From positions 219,921-283,920 of the forward strand of contig JAQGDQ010002373.1 of assembly GCA_030141605.1 (NCBI GenBank): 64,000 nucleotides of DNA, in the 5' to 3' direction. Under the pieces are notes generated by a model that was given only the letters and a program-made list of their open reading frames with translations, searched no databases and was not told where the DNA came from. The position numbers and the translations under genes are program-made. Each line of letters opens with the position of its first letter. Within the stretch, counting starts at the first letter, position 1. The stretch is from Tubiluchus corallicola (taxonomy: Eukaryota > Animalia > Priapulida). Shown here in pieces: positions 52,801 to 64,000 of the stretch.

Positions 52801-55800
52801 TGTAGTTCAGTACCACTCATGAATTTATTGGATTGACATCACAAAGTCTTGATAGAGCATAAACTACGATTCTCCCGTGAATCGCCTCTAGCGGCTTGTA
52901 GAGTAAATTTGAAGTCTGAAAAGTCAGGCCGTGAGAGTGCCTCTGTGGTGTAATAGCCCAAAAAGGAGAAGGTCTTGGGTTCTAGTCTCAGTAGAGGTGC
53001 AAAATTTTTGATAAAAAAAATAACAGACAACAACATGTGTAGTACTTAACACTATTTCATTTAAGACTTAAAAAAAGGTTTCCAAGCAAGATTAAGTGTG
53101 GGAATAAATTTGTCGTCGCTCTTGTAAACGTGATAGTGTAAAAGTTCTACATGTCACCGACAAGTAAAAATGCTTTACCGCACGCTTTCTAGCATTCACA
53201 CTGTTTTTACTGAAAACTGCTCTATTATTGCACCAGTATGTGCCAGGTTAGTTTAAGACATAACAAAAAGGAATGACTAATGCAGAATGTTAATTAGCAG
53301 CTCACACCTGTATCCTTGCTTGTATTTCAGCAGCTCTTTTAGCCTTGTCTTCAAGAGCATTGTTCTGCACTCCCGGCTGGACTGGCTGCAAACAGTTAAA
53401 TAACAGAGCTGTTGAAAACGGTTTAAACCCGCATGTACAAAAATGCACATGTAAAATATCATACAATAAAAAGATTACATTGAAAATAAATTTCTTACAC
53501 ATTTTTCTGGATTACTTTTTATGTATGCAAATTCTCTATGCAAAAATTTGCTTCTAAAAACTATGTATCACCTATTAAATGTAACGGGTTGCTAGTAATG
53601 CATAGTTATTACAAAAATACTAACTAGAAAATACTAAACATTGGTCCAAGCGAGGTCGTGTAATTCAAAGTAAAGTGCTAAGGTTAGATAATTTGAACAA
53701 TTAACTTGAACTTATTCAAGACAGCATATGTAGGTTAAGATGAACCAAGTAAGAAGATACACATCAGCAAGACAAGTACAAAAGCCGTTCCAACCAGCTT
53801 TATCATAACAAAAAAAAACTGTTCAAGGAAAAAGTAGAAAAATCACGGCAGAGAAATTATTGGTGATCTAACTTTGAGTAGAACTCGAATGTGCAAGAAA
53901 AACTTGTGAATTCTTTTCCTCATAATTTGATAATTCATGACTTTAAATAAGTTTATTTGATATAATACTTTAAAGAATTAAAGGCTTACTTACTATTAAA
54001 TTTAACTGTTTCTTTCGTTCTTCTATCATTCTCTGTGCATTTGCCATCATATCCTGAATTTGTATTGCTGTAAGCATCCCTGGACTCGGTTTATTCGGAT
54101 CTGGACCAGGAATAGGACCATCTTCCTGCGTTTCCTACCATAATCAAACCAAACGACAATTACTAACTCTGTTCAACGATTAATCACAATAGAAAATTTG
54201 ATTATCCATTTGGAAATTATGTGCATATGTGCATGTAGGAAATTGTTGAATAAATAAAGTATCACCCAGAAAATGAATTTTCAGATTTTTTAAGATACAT
54301 GTACTTGATTACAGAACAAGTTTCCCATTCATTCAATAATATCTCGAAATAAATCGGTATATTGCAACGTGTCAAATCAGTTCCAGTGAGCCATTAAATG
54401 CTAACAGTAACAGGTCTGTAACATAAATGCGAGCAAAGTAGCAACATCAAGATATCTAGGACTTTAATCAATAATTTGCTTGGCTAGACTTGCAGCAACA
54501 AATCAATTGAGTAAACAAATTAGTGGGACAGTTTTTACAGATTATTCAGCAGTGGTTCTTCTGTGCTACTGTCAGAGGAGTCAAGGACGCCACAACTTTT
54601 TAAAATGTGGGCCTATGTTGTGCAAAACTAGGCCCACACAATATACATTGTACTATTATTACGCAAATGTTCTGCAAGACTGAAATAGACTTACTTGAAT
54701 TTTAAAAATATACTTAATCAGTTAATACTGTATGCTTCCATGGTGTCTGATTTCCACGCATAAGATAATGCTGCTCCCTTGACAACTGTCGATTTGACGC
54801 CACTAATTTTTTCAGGACATAATTTATTACAAGAATTGCATAGCAGTAATTGCTATACAAATTAAATTTGCTTTGAAACTACACTTCTGTTCTTCGACAT
54901 ACCTACTTAAAATTGCAAAGGAACCCAGGAATGAGTTGCTGACAACCAAAACTGGCAGGGTCAAAGCATGATTTTCAAATTTTTAGAGAATTATTTATAT
55001 TAACATTCTCAGTCTCAATTACTATTATAGTATGTGTATGGAAAAAAAACAGTTCAGAACATACTAAAGAAACACGACCATGTTTAAAAATTACGTAATA
55101 ACAATTATTCTCCAAGTTTCTCATCCATCTATGAACTTCTTACCAAAAGGCAAGTATATATGCCAATATATACTTAACTATTAAATATTGCTAAGCACAT
55201 TCATGCGCTATAAAGGCATCTGGTTAATTGTTCAGTAGCTGCCTATGTCAGGTAATAGTATTTTGCTATTATTTTTAATGACTACTTAGCAAAGAGACAG
55301 CATCCATAAATTGATTGTTAATTTTGAAATAATGAATATTAATTTTGCACACTGGTTTAGTTTTTGGTTTCTCCTTCTTGTCGTCTCTTTTTGGTCGTTT
55401 TGCCTCCTCCCGGCTGCCATTAATTTCTTCACTGTACCTGCAAAAGCAAATTACATAGACCTTAAAGCATTACTGAAATTATCAAAAGTACTCACTCTCC
55501 AAGACAACATTCAATGCTCAATAGCAACGTCTACTTAAAGTAGCTCGTAGTGGCAGGACCACTCGTAAACAATTCTCCGGACAAACACCCATCTCCTTAC
55601 TAACCAAGCTTGGTTCGCTTAACTTAAAGCTCTAACCACGAACAGCGACCATTCAGCTATTAAAACTAAGAGACACGACGAAGTCTGCAAATATGAATAG
55701 CTATTTTTCACAAAAACCTCTTCCTGCTACTTGAATCTCTATCTCGTTTGCCGTCTTCTTTTCTGTCTTTCCTACGATCATCCTCATCATCAAATCGTCG

Positions 55801-56877
55801 TCGTTTGCTGGCTTTTTCTTCGTCAGTTGACTCTTGTTTCACCTGAATGAAAATAAGCAAATAAAACTTCATATGTGCAGTAAGTACGCCATCATCACAG
55901 AAAAAGAACTGTCTCCAACATTCACGTCTGAATTATTTACCCAAGGTCTTTATTTTTACTTAATGTATCAGCTTATCTAATTAGCTAGTTTTACTATAGT
56001 GCAAGAAAACTAGCTTTTTGAAATGTCAGTGCACTATTAAGATAAAATCAAAAATGAATCTTAACACAAAGATTTTGTAAAAGAAGACAACTTTGTTAAC
56101 GAATGTTGTAGTTTTAGATTTCAAAAACAATTGCAGGTAGTACATGCACAGTACATGTACAGGCCATACATGCAGAAAAAATTGACAGATCACTAATTTT
56201 TAACATTAGTGAGTTAGACCCTGCTAAAATTTACTCTTCCCAATCACAAATCAAACAATTTTTTCGAGAAAAAAATTGACGAAAATGGCTGTTAATCAAT
56301 ATACAATTATTAAAAGTTGGTAATTTTCTAATAAGCAAACAATATTCAAAACACTTTAGGCAAAATAAATCATCTTTTATGTAATTCAGTGTGCTTAACA
56401 CATTATCAACATTGACACAATTCATGCCCCATTTAGTTATTGTCAAGGCGAGCAGCAGTTTCTGTATATTACATGTGGTTTAAAACAAGTGGTGCAAAAC
56501 ATGATTAGTTGGATGAGTTAATTTCCAAACTAATCACAAGAGAGAAATGAATTTCATAGAATTTTAAAATATTAAACAACACAGCACAATTTGGAAAAAA
56601 AATGAAGAACTAAAATATTGTTACTTGCCTTTCCCAAATCAAAAGCTTGGTCTTGAATATCCTTAAAAGCTCGCAAAAGTTTTTCAGACAATTTCTCTGC
56701 TTTCTTCTCATCCAGGTAACGAGCCAGCTTGCGTACCATTTTCTTCTTCTCATACTGTTTTTGATAGCAATTGACGGAAGCCGACTCTAAATGCGGTTCA
56801 CTATAACCTAAAAACTTGTACACAACTTTTTCAATCTTTGGTCGTGCTGCTTCCACCTCACTCTTAGACAGAGACAT
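46801..56877 (-). CDS. PRPF3: U4/U6 snRNP protein Prp3, 10 coding exons, about 697 aa
   Basis: Exons 56629-56877, 55718-55842, 55353-55437, 53994-54134, 53308-53385, 51638-51784, 50761-51015, 49824-50054, 47681-47869, 46801-47394; 2094 nt open. PWI-like N-terminus (KFLGYSEP), [83 protein letters not shown]. Confidence 0.97.
48073..49519. mobile_element. pogo-like MITE (family B) hosting a family A insertion
   Basis: TA flanks; TIR CAGTCAAACCTCGTTATA...TATAACTAGGTTTGACTG. Confidence 0.75.
48674..49452. mobile_element. pogo/Tigger-like MITE, family A copy 2 (nested)
   Basis: TA flanks; CAGTAGTTGCCGCTTAATAGACTCA...TGAGTCAATTAAGCGGCGACTACTG; long blocks nearly identical to 3899-4709. Confidence 0.85.
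51907..52632. mobile_element. pogo/Tigger-like MITE, family A copy 3 (inverted, more diverged)
   Basis: TA flanks; CAGTAAGAGCCGCTTAATAGACTCA...CTCCTACTG; interior is the reverse complement of copies 1 and 2. Confidence 0.75.
52939..53000 (+). mobile_element. tRNA-derived SINE head or tRNA pseudogene
   Basis: GCCTCT..AGAGGT acceptor-like stem, A-box-like TGGTGTAATAG, B-box-like GGTTCTAGTCTC; anticodon arm missing. Confidence 0.35.
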
Positions 56878-57239
56878 GATGACAGCTGTATTTGAGGAAA
56901 AATAAAATGAGCTACCACTAAAGCTTTATTCCCGAAACTAGAATCCTTTGTCTGGATAAGTCAATAAATCTCAGGACTTTATACATAAGTATCCATGAGT
57001 GTCATGTCTTATTACATCTGAAAGAATGCACACAAATTTATTTTAGAATCTTCAAACATTTTGGCTAAATCAATTGAAGAGTGATTACTTCACTAGACAT
57101 TTTGTCAGAATTACTAGCAGAAAGCAACCAGAAGAATATAATTATTTAATCTTACAGAATTAAAAGACATTAATTAAAAGGTCTTCTTAAAATGTTCTAC
57201 CAAAAACTTCTTAAAAGTTTTCTTACAACTTAATTACAC

Positions 57240-58150
57240 TTGGGAGTGTTGCTTCCAATAAGCTTATTAATAATGGTCTTGGCTTCACTATTTAATTTGT
57301 ACATTAAAAAGGAATCACACGAGTCAACACTTAATTACCACAATCCCTTAATGATAACCGATAAAAACATTTTCCTACATCTCATAATAAATTATACAAT
57401 TCAGTTTTCATCTCCATTATACTCTAGTCCAATGTTAGATTTAATATCCCACTGTTATAATCTAATACTGTGAATGTGAAACCGTTTCTTATGTACCTCT
57501 GTTTCTATGTCCCCCCCCCCCCCCCGGTAAATTGCAAATGTTACTCTCTAATATTTCAACGTTACTTTTCATAAAGATTTTTTTCAAATAATTTCCTAAT
57601 AACAGAGGTTAAAAATCTGTTAATTCTCCTTTAGATCTCCCACCTTTGTACTTAGAGTTGATTATTATCTCTTTCAATCATTAGGTAGGTCATCAAGTAG
57701 CCCATATACCATAACAACAGCTATCAATGAAGTCAGTTGACTTTCCCTCTAACAGTTTTTAGTAAGTGGATGTAAACAAAGATTATGTTTCAAAGGATTA
57801 ACTATATTTTAAACAAGGAATTAGTATATTTCATAGAACAAAATTCTCAATTTTATTTTTAGTTGCTAGAAAGCAGTTTCAAAAATCCATAAATATGCAG
57901 GAAACGCGCCAATTTATGGGCGGCGGCGGTTCACTGGCTCCTCTTCACCTTTTCCAATATCAGCACAACCTATTAAATGTGCAAGAGCAGATTATTTTCT
58001 TCTATCATTATATGGTCGTTCCTAGTTCCGCATAGGAGTGTCATCCTTCGCACTCATTACATTTAGTTGTAACACGTTTTCTCTTAATTCCATAATTTCT
58101 CTAAATGCTCTTACTAATCATTGAAGCGTATCCATTTCAGTCAATGGGAA
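57240..58150 (-). mobile_element. Possible highly decayed LINE (endonuclease region)
   Basis: Minus-strand fragment YIRNGFTFTVL resembles LINE AP-endonuclease segments; many stops; boundaries approximate. Confidence 0.25.
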
Positions 58151-58301
58151 CTGTTCTGAGCGTCACTGGGGGAATTTATAGCACTCACCAGATAGCCTAC
58201 CATATTTGATTCATGACTAGTAAAAGCACTTTCAAACTTTTGGCATCAAGTCCTACAAAATCCAGAGAACAGTTCCCCAAAGGTGGAGTAGGAGGTGTAG
58301 G

Positions 58302-59206
58302 GAGCCGAGTGGACCACTGAGCCAAGTAGACCACTTCCGGTAAAACCGATGCGCTAAAAGTAGTGTCCTACATGGGCAGCCCAAGTAGGACACTAGCGAT
58401 TTTTGTCGAGAAACTTGCTCTGGCAAATCTTGTTTCCAGTTTATATTACCATTGTTTATAAGTATTGTTATGACATAATAAAGCATAAAACAAAATTTCT
58501 TTTAGAAACGGATATTCCTTGGCAATTTACAAATGCATTTCTTACAATAATTTCATCATTATGATTAACTCCATTAATATATCATAACATTAAACCTAGT
58601 ATCTAATGCTTTGAAGAGAGAAATTCTGCACACAGTTATTACAGAAATAATTGCAAATTTAAAAATGAGACAGATGCTGCTAAGCCTTCACAACACAAAA
58701 AAGTAATTTTTAACATTTAAGAAAAGCAAGGATAATTAGTTTTAATATTATCAGTAATATTGTAACATGTAGGGCACTGTCCTACATGGCTCGCTAGCCC
58801 ATGCAGGACACATAGATCGCTAGAACGTTTACTTATAAGAAAACAATTATTTGCCCAAGAGGTAGTGAAACGGATCACCTGTTTGTGAAGTGCGACAAAA
58901 TCAAAAATGATATACCTTAAACAAATGTTGAATTCGCAAAAAAGTGGTTTTTTTCACTTCAACAACATTAATATCGAAACCAAATTTAATATTGTCCGTT
59001 CTACCAGCTCAGAATAAAATTCTTTTATTTTATTAGATGTATAACAAATTATTCAACGTGTACTAACGTTTTTAATTATTATTATTACATAAACAAGCAC
59101 AACGGACGGTGTCAGTACAGTTAACGACTCAATTCGCGACCTGTCTCTAGTGTCCTACTTGGGCAGCCCTAGTAGACCAATTGGTCTACTTGGCTCCACT
59201 CGACTC
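58302..59206. mobile_element. Non-autonomous DNA transposon with GAG...CTC ends and repeated subterminal motifs
   Basis: GAGCCGAGTGG..GAGCCAAGTAGACCA..GCCCAAGTAGGACACTAG at the left is mirrored by CTAGTGTCCTACTTGGGC..TGGTCTACTTGGCTCCACTCGACTC at the right. Confidence 0.65.
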
Positions 59207-59214
59207 ATAACAGG

Positions 59215-59335
59215 AGGTTCACATTTGCAAAGGGAGTAATTAATGAGTGGAACATGTTGCTTGACGCTGTAGTTCAAGCCTCCAATCCTGCCCAGTTTAA
59301 GATTCGTCTTGATAGACACTAGAAATGCAATCCAG
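59215..59335 (+). mobile_element. CR1-type LINE extreme 3' coding fragment
   Basis: Reads FAKGVINEWNMLLDAVVQASNPAQFKIRLDRH, typical of a CR1 ORF2 C-terminus. Confidence 0.7.
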
Positions 59336-59728
59336 AAAAATATAAAGATCCCAGATTGCCACAATGGCAACACTCAGGAAATCTTGTGCTATACTTCATG
59401 ATCGCAGTGTGGCCACAAATTTTGTTAATTTTTATTTTAATAAAGTAAACAAGGAAGAGTGGAGAGGTCCATAAGCTGCTTATGCTTAACCTCTATCCTT
59501 CGACGGTAACGGTAATTTAACTTTTATAAACTGTTAACAAAAATTCAAAAACGTTACGTTTACGTTCATGCCTAAATCACCAGATTCACCACCAGGGCGC
59601 ACAACAGTAGCGTTGCCAATATACTTATAATTGCGAATGTAATTGCAGCATCGTTTTTGTTATTAGTCAAGCATCTGTACACACAATGAATTGTGCACAC
59701 GCCACACTAAAGATCATGTCAACACTCA

Positions 59729-60909
59729 ACAGGTGAGCAATCTCTATCAGAAAGTAGGGATGAGCATTCTCTACCAGAAAGCGAATTCGAATCGAACCGA
59801 ATTTGTGACTTTCGAATTCGAATTGAGATTGAACGATTTTCGAACAAGTTTCCGGAACCACCAGTAAAAATTAGTCTTACAAAAATTATGCATGCATATC
59901 ACTAGATTTTGTTCTGCAATAAAACGACTAGTAATTTGTTTAAAGTTGTGCACAGAAATCACAGCTAAATTATGCTAATTGCATGACGTTTCAATCGTTT
60001 TAAGGATCAGGAAGAAATGTGATTGAAGTGCTGAATTATTAAAATCTATAGTTTTGGATTCGAATCGAGTTCGAACTAAAAAACTCGTTCGAATCGAATT
60101 CGAGCGTTCGAATTCGATTCGAATGTTCGATGCTCACCCCCTACCAGAAAGCGAATTCGAATCGAATTTGTGACTTTCGAATCGAACCGAAACTTTAGCA
60201 TTTCAAATTCGAATTGTGTTTGAAAGATTTTCGAGCCACCAGTAAACAGCGATCTTACAAAGATCATGCAAATTACTCAATTTTGTTCTGCAATAAAACC
60301 GCTAATAATTAATTAAAAAATGTAAAATTAATTAAAAATGTGCACAGGAATCACTACTAAATTGTGCTAATTGTATGATGTTTCAAGTGTTTTAATGATA
60401 AAGAATGTGTATGGCTGAAGTGCTCAATTATTCAAATCTATAATTTTAGGTTTGAATCGAATTCAAATTAAAAAAAACTCGTTCGAATCGAATTTGAACA
60501 TTTGATGCTCTCCCCAACATTAGAGCATTCTCAACTAGAAAGCAAATTTGTGTCGAATCGAATTTGTGACTTTCGAATTCTAGTTGAACCAAATTTCAGT
60601 ATTTCAAATCCAAATTAAATTCAAATACACTTTAAAAGATTTTTGAACTAGTAAAAAGTGGTCTTACAAAGATCGTGCATAGAACTGTATTTTGTTCTGC
60701 AGTAAAACCGCTCTATTAGATTGTTAAAAATTTCGCACAGAAAACGCAGCTAAATTGTGCTAATTGCATGCTTTCTCAAACATTTAAATGATAAAGAACA
60801 TATGTAGCTGAAGTCACGAATTATTCAAATTGATGATTGAAGGTTTGAATCAAATTCGACCTAAAAAAACTCGTTCGAGTCAAATTCAAACGTTCGATGC
60901 TCACTCCTA
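59729..60909. mobile_element. Cluster of three ~385-bp hAT-like MITE copies
   Basis: TAGGGATGAGCAT...ATGCTCACCCCCTA ends and (T)CGAA(T)-rich subterminal repeats; copies at 59755-60143, 59729-60516 (interrupted) and ~60520-60909. Confidence 0.8.
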
Positions 60910-60989
60910 TCCTACACTCGATAGGCAGGTAGTAGCCTAATAAGCCTTTTCTTAACATTTAAAAGCAGTTCAATTCCTTTAACTCCATT

Positions 60990-61197
60990 TTCAAACACTT
61001 AGCTGTTTGTTAGTGTGTCTATTAGTAATTAATTACATGATTAGTCTTTAAGCTGCTGTATCAATTTCTTTACTGGTCTATTATTCATCATCTATTTGTC
61101 TCCTGTTAACAGTTTAATTAGTACATAATAAGCTCTGCCTATTGAATGTTTGTAAATCCACCACTGATGATGGCAGCAGCAGCTAGCCGAAACGTTT
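60990..61197 (+). mobile_element. Penelope-like fragment ending in a hammerhead-like core (61164-61196)
   Basis: CTGATGA-T-GGCAGC..GCTAGCC-GAAAC-GTT; upstream sequence homologous to 24940-25120. Confidence 0.5.
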
Positions 61198-63683
61198 TCT
61201 GAGCCTAATCTGGGCAGAGGCATTTGTTTGGGACTTAAATCCTTGTGTTTTGGATTCTCTACAACTTTCTTTTAAACTATTGTAACTGTTTTGCAATTCA
61301 GATTTTCCATAAAAATATTGTAATATTCAATTCTTCGTTTAACCTTTGCTGCTTGTGCTTCATTTGTGCATATCTTAATAATTATTGTGAAATATTTTTG
61401 TCGTAAATTCTCTACTTTAGCTTCTTCAGGACCATAAGTGGGTGTTGCATTTTGCATGCTTCATGAAAAAAATGCTCTCACCAAGCAGCGATTATGTTAT
61501 ATTTGATCATGTTTGTTGGCTTCTATTCTGCACACAATAGATTTTCTTGCAAAATTATATGAAATGTGTTTGCTTACCTTAGACAAATTTAAAATCCATT
61601 TTTGATGAAAACACTGTAAAAAGCTTTCAGTAAATGCATAGTTTGCACTGTAGCACTATCACTTGTGCAAAATCCGTTAATGCAAAAAATTTCAACTATC
61701 CAGACACAGTATTCTAACGCACGTTGGCCTCAACTCTGCTCTATTTTTAAGGAGAAATTCCTGTTAAAAGATGAAATGACCTTTATTTCTCATTGCTGAT
61801 TGCAATTGTTTACAGCTGGTGATATTGGATGTATAGGGTAGACAATCTCACTGTGTGCCACCAAACAGCTGGCTTAAATACAGGGAGAAACTTTATTGAA
61901 GAAGAATGCAAATATGCTATCACAGGGAGACATACATGTTAAAAATAGATTGACTACACCTAGTCAATACGTATAGCTTCTCAGTGTTCTAACCTCATGA
62001 TCTAACCTTAGAGTAGTGCATACAAGAACAGCATACGAGCTATAAACTAACTTGAGTTGTTTATTACCATCTTGAAATGTTGAATATTTAGTGTTTAAGT
62101 TGCATAGACACTCTATTTACAGCGCACGTCACTTAGCTGAAATCTATGCATGTATGTAGCACAAACTGCAAAGTGTTCTTAACCAAAACTGTGCTAAAAA
62201 CAGCTCAACTCTCTCTGTCTGCACAGTTCAACGCTTAGCCCGCATATCTCTCATCTTAGCGGCTCGGACTCTCAAATGCATCTCCCTTGCAAACAGGGAT
62301 CTGATTCTCTCCTCACTTGCATATGCTGGAATTTGTTGAAGTCCACTAAGCAGTGGCTTATTTAATGGCATGATTTCCACATTGCCGTCCTACTCGAACT
62401 GCCGTAAACCGTTAATCGCAAATAATAAACTTTATATTTCCACTGAAACACTTGCGATATTTTCTCAACAATATCTCTAAATATTATTGGCCTGGTCGAC
62501 TTACGTGCGCAAATGTGAGTGCGCAGAGCGAATATGAAAAAAAGCTATCTTGAATGCGTTTGTGTTGTGTAGCAATTTTGTTCCTATTGCAAATGCTAAG
62601 AAAAGCCTTAAATAGAAGAATAATTATTAGAAAAATTGCAATGACGTTTTTCAGTTTAAAAAAAATACTCTTAGGAAATTCTGTCGTGTTTGAAAACGAG
62701 ACAAGGTAACGATATGTTGGCTGTCACAAATTTGAAAGGTTGGAATGTGTTGTTGACGTTTGTCACTTTTATATTTTTGATAAATATTTTCGTTTCTGAA
62801 ACTCCAATTAACTTTAAAAAATGCGAATGAGTGTGATTGACAAACTGCAGTGTTTTATTATTAGTGCTAAGCAATTTATGCGATAGAGCTTAAAACCGCA
62901 TAGAAAACACTCCAGCTTTTTTCTCGTCTGTTGTCTATTAAGTTTTATACTACTATACTGGCCTTATTTAACTAATTTTTAAGTTTATTTAACGTTTATA
63001 CGTAGAGTGATTTTCCGCACGGTGTCCCGCAAAGGAAATTCGCATGGTTTTCCAGGGCCAGAATTTCGTTATATTTTGCCAGTATCTAAGCGATTCTCGA
63101 AATGACTTTTGTGAGAATACAGAGAATCAGGATCTAAGTTACATAATTCAAGTACGATCAGTTATAATTATTGAAACAACTTACTTAAACTAGTCGATTG
63201 AATTTCAATTAAAGTGATTTATTATTATAAGAATTAATCACTACCAGTACTAACATCTTTTTTTCAGAATGAGACCTAACATAAAATTTACTGATTCAGT
63301 CTCCAAACCATTTAGAATTTTGTTGATTCTCCTCTTTGTCAGTGAATACAATCATCATTTCCCTTATCAAGAAGTGTATAACAAGCATTTGAAAGAAAAA
63401 TTTATCTAAATTTATGCGAAACTCGGAAAATTTTACTCGTATGGTTTTACTGATATGGTCATATCACGCGCACACTTTTGATATGATAGGTCATGCATCA
63501 ATCTACTCTAGCAAAATCTAAGAAAGAATTAAAGAAGAAGATCGTAGACAAATACAAATAAACTTTTAAATGGTCCAGCATTTTCCCCCCATACTATAAT
63601 TTGTAGTGTAGTTAGTGTTTTAACTATATTATTTTTGTTGCAGTTTATTTATTACAATATTGCTGATTAATTAATTATTTGTT

Positions 63684-63912
63684 TTAGTTTGTGACTGCAT
63701 ATATGTGACAAAATGCAAATAAAGATAATACATATTGCTGGAATTTAACATAATTATGTTGTTGCCAGTCATATTTTCTCCTTTCCTTGTGTCCTAATTT
63801 TTCTTCTTTTTTCACTATCCTGTAACCATAATACCCTATGAAATACTTGATCCACGATACGTTTATCTCTGTTCCATCTTTCAAGATTCCTGTGAAACCT
63901 GGCTTGAATCTC
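63684..63912 (-). CDS. Possible terminal exon of a gene continuing beyond the window
   Basis: Open frame RFKPGFTGILKDGTEINVSWIKYFIGYYGYRIVKKEEKL..; weak acceptor; no recognised family. Confidence 0.2.
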
Positions 63913-64000
63913 CTATTATTGTATTATTGAATCCTTTTATTGATTTATTATTGTATTAATGTAATTTACTTTGAACATTTACATTAGTTTATACTGTAAC

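Noticed and set aside
52939-53000. Functional tRNA gene
   Set aside because: Too short, no anticodon arm and a degenerate B-box.
59755-60909. Repeat array as a CRISPR array or heat-shock element cluster
   Set aside because: Eukaryotic context, no unique spacers; units are ~385-bp MITE copies, and TTCGAA spacing mostly does not fit nGAAnnTTCn.
63780-63910. Resemblance to the cuticle-protein Rebers-Riddiford motif
   Set aside because: Spacing does not fit and the Y-x-A-D core is absent.

Overview
AT-rich, intron-rich animal (invertebrate-looking) genomic DNA, not prokaryotic. Reading splice sites by hand gives four conserved spliced genes: the 3' end of MKS1 (+, 1-2956), a complete 13-exon DNTTIP1 (-, 5600-31462), RanGAP1 (+, 33371-44477) and PRPF3 (-, 46801-56877). 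Three large DNTTIP1 introns hide a receptor cluster: two antisense secreted/GPI-type LRR genes (signal peptide-Cys cap-LRRs-LRRCT-tail), a decayed third LRR paralogue, and a same-strand intronless divergent class A GPCR. The strongest novel signals are (1) two tandem, intact, alternative LRRCT exons in the first LRR gene, one ending in a stop (soluble) and one continuing into a Thr/Pro stalk and GPI-like tail (a VLR-like layout), and (2) an alternative terminal exon in RanGAP1 that would replace the SUMO/nuclear-pore domain with a short NES-like tail. The remainder is MITEs (several nested), LINE relics, Penelope-like fragments with hammerhead-like cores, and tandem/inverted repeats. All models were derived manually, without transcript or database support.
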